This document shows, piece by piece, positions 58,173-64,000 of a stretch of DNA of 64,000 bases. The position numbers and the translations under genes were made by a program. Each line of letters opens with the position of its first letter. The first letter of the stretch is position 1. Location of the stretch: contig CBDBZU010000004.1 in assembly GCA_965213625.1 (NCBI GenBank), positions 3,456,001 to 3,520,000 on the forward strand, in the 5' to 3' direction. The DNA comes from a bacterium (lineage in GTDB: Bacteria; UBA8248). The notes beneath the pieces are model-generated. The model was not told the DNA's origin and did no database searches. It saw only the letters and a list, made by a program, of their open reading frames with translations.

Positions 58173-58270
58173 GCTATCGACCTGGAGGAAGCCTCCCCTG
58201 GCCCGAGAAGAAGGATGAACACCCGGCCATGGACGAGGCTCTCACCTTTCCCGCTCTGCCGGCTCTCTCG

Positions 58271-58723
58271 TCTACCGGGAACACTCGAGGAATCTCCGGT
58301 TCCGTGAACGGTAAACCGTGTTCACGGAAGATCGGCAGGCGCCTGCGACCACTCCATGCTCAAGACAGTGGCTCAGTCTACCCCCCGCTGCGGGAATTTC
58401 GGGCCGAATAACGGCCCGAAATGACCCTTTCCGCAGCATGAAGGGATGTTTCCCGATGAGCTTCGCCTTCATCGTGAAACACTAAAAACTCTTGTGTCCC
58501 GGTGGCGAATCAACTGTCTCTCTCTTGGCGTCCTCATTTTAGCACGAACGCCGAGCGAATAAAGGGTGGCCGCAAGCGGCCATCATTTGCCGGTACCCCC
58601 CAAAAAACGATGAACCGTGTTTTTCGGGAACCCCCCGGAAAATGACAGGCCCTTGATTCGCCCGCCTACGGGCATCGGAAACGTCACCCGATGCCCTTAC
58701 GTGCTGAAAATGGGACGCCAAGA
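58271..58723. promoter_or_regulatory. Structured non-coding element, copy 3 (inverted)
   Basis: Same stems with compensatory substitutions. Confidence 0.7.
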
Positions 58724-58757
58724 AGCGCATCCGTTAACTATCTGAAAGGAGAAAGGC

Positions 58758-59128
58758 ATGGAAACCACCGTGGTGAACCTGAACACCTATGTCGATGAAC
58801 CCGCTAGCGGCCTGCTGGTAAGGATCGACCGCACGACGAAGTGGGAAAATCCCTTCCGCGTCGGCGCCGACGGCGACCGCGACGCCGTCATCGAGAAATA
58901 CCGGCGATGGCTGTGGGAAAAATCCAGCGCGAGGAGCTGGACCTCCACGAACTCGCCGACCTCCACGGCTGCGAACTCGGCTGCCACTGCCATCCACTCC
59001 CGTGTCACGGTGACGTCCTCGCACGCGCCGCCGAGTGGGCAGCCAAATATCTCGACGAGATGCCAAGGGAAGTGGGGCGCAACGAGCGTGGCTACGCTCT
59101 TCCCGAATTCAACCATCCCCTCGCTTGA
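58758..59128 (+). pseudogene. DUF4326 protein copy 3, frameshifted
   Basis: One base missing in the A-run near 58920; the two halves lie in different frames. Confidence 0.8.
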
Positions 59129-59178
59129 GGACAACCGGACCACCGGCTGGAAAACGCAATCACTAAAAGGAGTGAACG

Positions 59179-60135
59179 ATGACTGCCACCGCGACTCACG
59201 ACAACAAGGAGAGCACCATGTACGAGAACGATCACAACGATGCCCAGCATGAATCCTTCACCGCCATGGTCTGCGAGCAGGCCGCCCTGTTCGGCGCGAC
59301 TCCCGGGCCTGATGAGTTCGACAACCGGCCCGTGTGGGACGAGGGCGAGGCAACCGCCGCCGTCATCAGGGCCTTCGGCGCACTCGCGGAAGCTGCGCCC
59401 GACGGCACGCAACTCGCGGATGAGCGAAGAAACCTCCTGTGGGGATTCGTCAACACACTCGACGCCCAGACACAGCGCCTCGACCGCGCCGCCGACAAGC
59501 TCATCCCCGGCATCCGCGAACTCCAGCGCGAGCAGGACGGCTCCGAGATCCGCTCCCGCGAACTCGAACTCATGACCGACAGGGCCAACAACCTCACGGA
59601 GCGCAGGGACGCCTTCGAGGGGTTGCGTGACACGGCAGCCGACGCCTACCGCATCGAGACCGGCGAGGTCTGGCGGCCCAGGCGAGGATCACACGTCTCG
59701 CAGACCGGCAAGCTGACCTCCGCCGTCATCGAGGCGCGCGACTTCCAGCGAGCCAGAAAGGACCGCGAGAACACGGCTCATCTTCCCCAGGGAACCCTCG
59801 TCGCCGTCGCGGGTGGCAAGGAGGCGAACGATGCGGGTAAAATCATCGCGCACCTCGACCGCCTCAAGGCCAAATACGCCGACGTCGTCCTCGTCCACGG
59901 CGGCGGCCCCGGTGCTGAGAAGATTGCGGCGGGATGGGCCGAGCGCAACGGCGTCCACCAGGTCGTCTGCAAGCCGAATTGGGATGCCCACGGACGGGCC
60001 GCTCCATTCCGGCGCAACGACGAACTCCTGGCACTCCTGCCCAAGGGCGTGATCGCCTTCCCCGGTTCGGGCATCACCGACAACCTCGTCGACAAGGCTA
60101 AAACCCTCGGCATACCCGTCCAGAAAGTAGCGTGA
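59179..60135 (+). CDS. DUF2493 SLOG protein, copy 3
   Basis: Near-identical to copies 1 and 2. Confidence 0.85.
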   Translation: MTATATHDNKESTMYENDHNDAQHESFTAMVCEQAALFGATPGPDEFDNRPVWDEGEATAAVIRAFGALAEAAPDGTQLADERRNLLWGFVNTLDAQTQRLDRAADKLIPGIRELQREQDGSEIRSRELELMTDRANNLTERRDAFEGLRDTAADAYRIETGEVWRPRRGSHVSQTGKLTSAVIEARDFQRARKDRENTAHLPQGTLVAVAGGKEANDAGKIIAHLDRLKAKYADVVLVHGGGPGAEKIAAGWAERNGVHQVVCKPNWDAHGRAAPFRRNDELLALLPKGVIAFPGSGITDNLVDKAKTLGIPVQKVA

Positions 60136-60361
60136 CGTGAACACTCCACTGGTCGCATCGCCACACAGGTGGTGCGACCCGTGGAGTCTCGCCGACAAAC
60201 GCTCGCGTCACTTGCGCCCGCAACGATGTAGACTCCACCGGTCTTGCCGCAGGAACATCTCCCCGCATTGCTCCTCACGCTCAATCGCCGCGACGGCTCC
60301 CGCTCGCCATTCTCACCAGCAAGATTCCCCCATCGTCTGTTCTCACGAACTCGACCATCTG

Positions 60362-60408
60362 ACGCCCTTCGGCGCTTCGGGTTACACACCGGAACGCAGC
60401 GGGCTGCA
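60362..60408 (-). other. Candidate oriT 3 (variant nic core)
   Basis: Minus strand reads TGCAGCCCGCTGCGTTCCGGTGT^GTAACCCGAAGCGCCGAAGGGCG. Confidence 0.6.
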
Positions 60409-60842
60409 AGGCTCCGGCATACGACGACCTGGTTGCTATCCCGTCTCCTGTGGACGACACGGGGCGCCAGGCGCATGGCGGATAACATGTATGCTCATAG
60501 CATACGCAATCTTTCTCATCCCCGAGGGCGCATGGCTGCGCACGTCGCGCAAGGATACCAGTTTGGTAGTAATTGGTGGCGTTTCGTAACACAATGTATT
60601 ACGGCCCGTATTACGTTTGTATGCTCCCGATTCCGGCCTTTTTTCGGTACGACGAGGTAGCCACCTGTGCGGAGTATGCTCTCTCGGATGGCCGCAAGAC
60701 CCTCGACAAGGGACGTTGAATCGAGGATAGACGGTCCCGGAAAAGCCCGGGTTTTCGCCCCGAACCAAGCCGTCGGAACCCGGAAAGGGCGAGCGATGCG
60801 GTCCGTATCGCCACCCGATCTTGTCCTGAGGAAGCGAAAAAG

Positions 60843-61327
60843 ATGACGCGAAACGACCCGAATCAGTCCGAAAAAGGCAAAAGTCAGCGGAAAACCCGAG
60901 CGACCCGCGCCGGCCACATTCTATCCGCTTCTTAAGTTCTGAGTGGAATCTGGTTGTACAGGCCGCCGCGCGGCACGGCATCCCGGCGGGTGAACTCGTT
61001 CGCAACGGCGCGATGGCCGCCGCCGAGGAACTGCTGGACAAGCCTCCAGAAGCCACCCTGTCGCACGGTCATGCCGCCCTAATCGAAACCGTCTACCGCA
61101 TGGTCTACGTGATGGCGACCCTGGATCGGGGACGATTGCTAGACGCCGGGCGCGGGAAAGAGCTCGAAGACCTCATTGCTGCGGCCCGCAGGACGAAGGC
61201 CCGGCGTGAACGCATGGGGTGTGCTGAACGAAGCGCCGAAGGGCGTCCCGATACTGCTTCCTCGTCCCAAGACGACCGGGTAAAGGAAGTCGTCTTGTAT
61301 CAGGCGATTAGCCCGAGCGGCGCTTGA
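60843..61327 (+). pseudogene. RHH relaxosome accessory paralog, frameshifted
   Basis: HSIRF..SEW..V..AA.RHG..AGELVRNGA...IE..YR.VY..ATL.R aligns to 24429-24815; ATG 60843 is out of frame. Confidence 0.65.
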
Positions 61328-61687
61328 ACGGATGCGCCCGCGCCACTCGCGTGGCCTGAGGCACTGCCCGTACCAAGGACCGTGGTGGAACCTGTGACAG
61401 CGGTGGCAGCGACTGGCCACGTTTCCAGAATGGCGACATCTTGGACGTGAACACTGAGGCTGCCGGCCATGTCGACGAGGATGTCAGTGCTCAATCTGCA
61501 GAACACGATGACTCTCCAGAAAAACAAGTCACACCGTAGACTCATCTGGAATATGCAAAGTTTGTTGCCCCATAAGGGGTTCTTCTGTAAATTCGCCCGT
61601 TGTTCGTGAGTTTATCAACAATCGGATATGCCCCGTGCATTTGCTCTGCGTTGCGCCCGGAACAAAGCGATGCGCTCGAAAGAAATA

Positions 61688-64000
61688 ATGGTAATGAACA
61701 AAAAGGCGGATACCGGATCTCAAGGAAGTGGCGAGAAGGAGACACGGTCCCTGGAGGTCTCGGAAACGGCATTACGTTTCAGGGTCGAACGAAGAGGCCT
61801 GGCGTCGCTCTTGTACGCGATCCTGCGGCCTAAAGACGCCAAGGCGGCTTTCGTGAATGTGAACTCCCTGAACCTGATGCATGGGTCCGGATACACGGAA
61901 ATTCCAATCGAGGACATCTCGTCGGTTCAGGTCGAAACCGGACAGTACTGGAGCCGCATACACTTTTATCACACCGCAGGAATCGCTACCGTGTCGGGAC
62001 TGTCGCGGGACGGCTCCAGGGAGTTCACCGAAGTGCTTGAGAACGCCAGGATATCTTATTGGCGCCGGACACTGGAGACGGAGGTCGCGGAGCTCCGTCG
62101 ATACTTGAATACTCTGGAGCACATGGCGAATCCGCCGGAGCACATGGCGAGCGTTTTCCTTAAGTTGAGACGCGATACGGAAAAGGCGGTGAACCAATTC
62201 GCGGAGCGCTGGCCGAAGTCATTGCCGAGTGCCCCGGAAACCCAGCTACTGAAGAAGGTAGAATACTTTCTGGAAGACCCGGAGCTTTTAAAGGCGGAAG
62301 AAACCGCCAGGGTTCACTGGTGGCGCCAGAAGTTGGCGACGGAGATCGAAACGCTCCATTCGGTGCATAAGCGCATGAAGCAGCTCGCAAGTCCCTCAGA
62401 GTACCAAGCGATCAGCATATTCCGCGATCTGAGACAAGATGCAGAGAAAGCGGTGAAGCAATTTGTGGAACGTTGGCCGAAGTCGTTGCCAAATGCCCCG
62501 GATTTCCAGGTACTGAAGTCGATACAGGAATTTCTAGAAGACCCGGGGCGTCTGCGGGCGGAAGTGAACAACACCTTCGTCGAGAGAGAATTAAAGAGGT
62601 CACGAAGATTCTTCGACCGGATTGAGGCCCGGCCGCTTACCGAAGAGCAGCGCCGGGCGATCGTGGTGGATGAGGACCGGAACCTGGTAGTCGCTGCGGC
62701 CGGCAGCGGCAAGACCTCGGTGATCGTTGCCAAGGCCGGCTGGCTTCTCCACAGGAAGTACCTGTACGCGTCGGAATTGCTGCTCCTGGCGTTTGCGAAA
62801 GACGCCCAGAAAGAAATGGAAGAAAGGGTTCGAAAGCGTCTCGGAAATGAAGTTGCTGACGGGATGACCGTCAGGACTTTCCACAGTCTGGGCATGGCGA
62901 TCATAGGTGAGGCCGAAGGCAGGCGACCTGCATTGGCCAAGGAGGCAGAAAACGAAAACGCACTGTTCAATCTGCTCAAGGACATCGTCAACGAACTGAC
63001 AGAAGAACGAAAGTTCTTTGCTTCTTTGCTTAAGTGGTTTCAGTCACAGTTCGCACTCTACCGGAGTGAGCATGAATTCAGTTGTTGGGGTGAATATTGG
63101 GAATATATCCGGCGGCACGAAATAATATCGCTCAAGGGCGAGAGGGTCCGGAGCTACGAGGAATGCGAGATCGCCAACTTTCTCTATCTAAACGGCGTGC
63201 CCTACGAATACGAACGCATTTATGAGCATGAGACCGCCACGCCCGAAAAGGGCCCATACAAACCGGATTTCTATCTGAACGAAGCCGGACTCTACATCGA
63301 GCACTTCGGACTGGACATTTTGGGAAATACCGCGCCGCACGTCCCGAGGATAAAATATAAGGAAGAGATGGAGTGGAAACGTCGGACACATGCCGAATAC
63401 GGAACCACCCTGATTGAAACTTTCAGCCATGAGCATACCGCCGGCAAATTGACCGAGAACCTGGCCGAGAAATTGCGCGCTCGTGGTGTAAACCTGTCTC
63501 CCATACCCCGTGAAGAGTTCTTCACTGTGCTGAACGGGGAGAAACGGATTGACCCGTTCATTCGCCTGCTGGCGACCTTTCTCAAGCATTTCAAAGGCGC
63601 GAGGCTTACTTTTCCTGAAGTGGCCCGACAGGCCGCAGATCACAGGGCTCCTCTGCGGGCCGAAATCTTCCTCGCCTTGTTCCGGCCGGTCTTTGGGCGC
63701 TACGAGGAAAAACTCTCCGGCTCGGGGCAGATCGATTTTCACGACATGATCTCCAGGGCGACCGACCATATCGAGGCCGGACGCTATCAGAGCCCATTCG
63801 CATGTATCCTCGTCGACGAGTTCCAGGACATTTCGCCGGGCCGGGCGAGATTGCTCAAGGCGCTCCTGGAGAAGTCGCCGGGCGCCCGGCTGTTCGCCGT
63901 CGGTGACGACTGGCAGGCGATATACCGCTTCGCCGGCTCTGACATCGGGATCATGCGGAAATTCAAAGAGCATTTTGGTGACTACGAACGTATGGATCTG
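61688..64000 (+). CDS. Second UvrD/helicase IV-like helicase with nuclease-like insertion (runs off the window; absent from the ORF track)
   Basis: Open frame from ATG 61688: IEARPLTEEQRRA, AAAGSGKT, YKPDF...IEHFG, DEFQD, VGDDWQAIY; paralog of 37833-40835. Confidence 0.88.
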   Translation, partial: MVMNKKADTGSQGSGEKETRSLEVSETALRFRVERRGLASLLYAILRPKDAKAAFVNVNSLNLMHGSGYTEIPIEDISSVQVETGQYWSRIHFYHTAGIATVSGLSRDGSREFTEVLENARISYWRRTLETEVAELRRYLNTLEHMANPPEHMASVFLKLRRDTEKAVNQFAERWPKSLPSAPETQLLKKVEYFLEDPELLKAEETARVHWWRQKLATEIETLHSVHKRMKQLASPSEYQAISIFRDLRQDAEKAVKQFVERWPKSLPNAPDFQVLKSIQEFLEDPGRLRAEVNNTFVERELKRSRRFFDRIEARPLTEEQRRAIVVDEDRNLVVAAAGSGKTSVIVAKAGWLLHRKYLYASELLLLAFAKDAQKEMEERVRKRLGNEVADGMTVRTFHSLGMAIIGEAEGRRPALAKEAENENALFNLLKDIVNELTEERKFFASLLKWFQSQFALYRSEHEFSCWGEYWEYIRRHEIISLKGERVRSYEECEIANFLYLNGVPYEYERIYEHETATPEKGPYKPDFYLNEAGLYIEHFGLDILGNTAPHVPRIKYKEEMEWKRRTHAEYGTTLIETFSHEHTAGKLTENLAEKLRARGVNLSPIPREEFFTVLNGEKRIDPFIRLLATFLKHFKGARLTFPEVARQAADHRAPLRAEIFLALFRPVFGRYEEKLSGSGQIDFHDMISRATDHIEAGRYQSPFACILVDEFQDISPGRARLLKALLEKSPGARLFAVGDDWQAIYRFAGSDIGIMRKFKEHFGDYERMDL

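Overview
GC-rich 64-kb mosaic of conjugative and integrative elements, with no housekeeping genes. (1) 1-11.8 kb: 3' end of an intact F-type transfer region (trbC'-traN-traF-traH-traG, a small convergent membrane gene, traD, and a MOBF/TrwC-type relaxase). (2) 12-24 kb: a complete type I-G (I-U) CRISPR-Cas locus (cas7-csb2-cas3-small cas8-cas4-cas1-cas2, 6 repeats) bracketed by the inner ends of two broken IS21 copies and by decayed hicBA and higBA modules. (3) Three diverged copies (about 24.4-30.1 kb, 45.6-50.5 kb, and inverted/partial at 57.8-61.3 kb) of a cassette that begins at an F-like nic sequence (TGCGTGGGGTGT^G) and reads like a conjugative leading region: SLOG/DUF2493, DUF4326, ssb, an unannotated 43-44 aa acidic ORF and a poly-Zn-ribbon protein, separated by conserved, covarying, highly structured non-coding DNA. 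One of these structures appears to assemble a sigma70 promoter only when single-stranded. (4) Cargo between the copies: a broken exonuclease-RecQ-UvrD fusion, two UvrD helicases with an inserted nuclease-like domain, AbiEi/AbiEii, an OLD-nuclease remnant, three tyrosine integrases and a Calx-beta autotransporter preceded by an (AGCCG)n tract. The most promising candidate system is the triplicated oriT / ssDNA-promoter / leading-region cassette. All family calls were made by eye from motifs; no database search or folding program was run, and some frameshifts could be sequencing errors.
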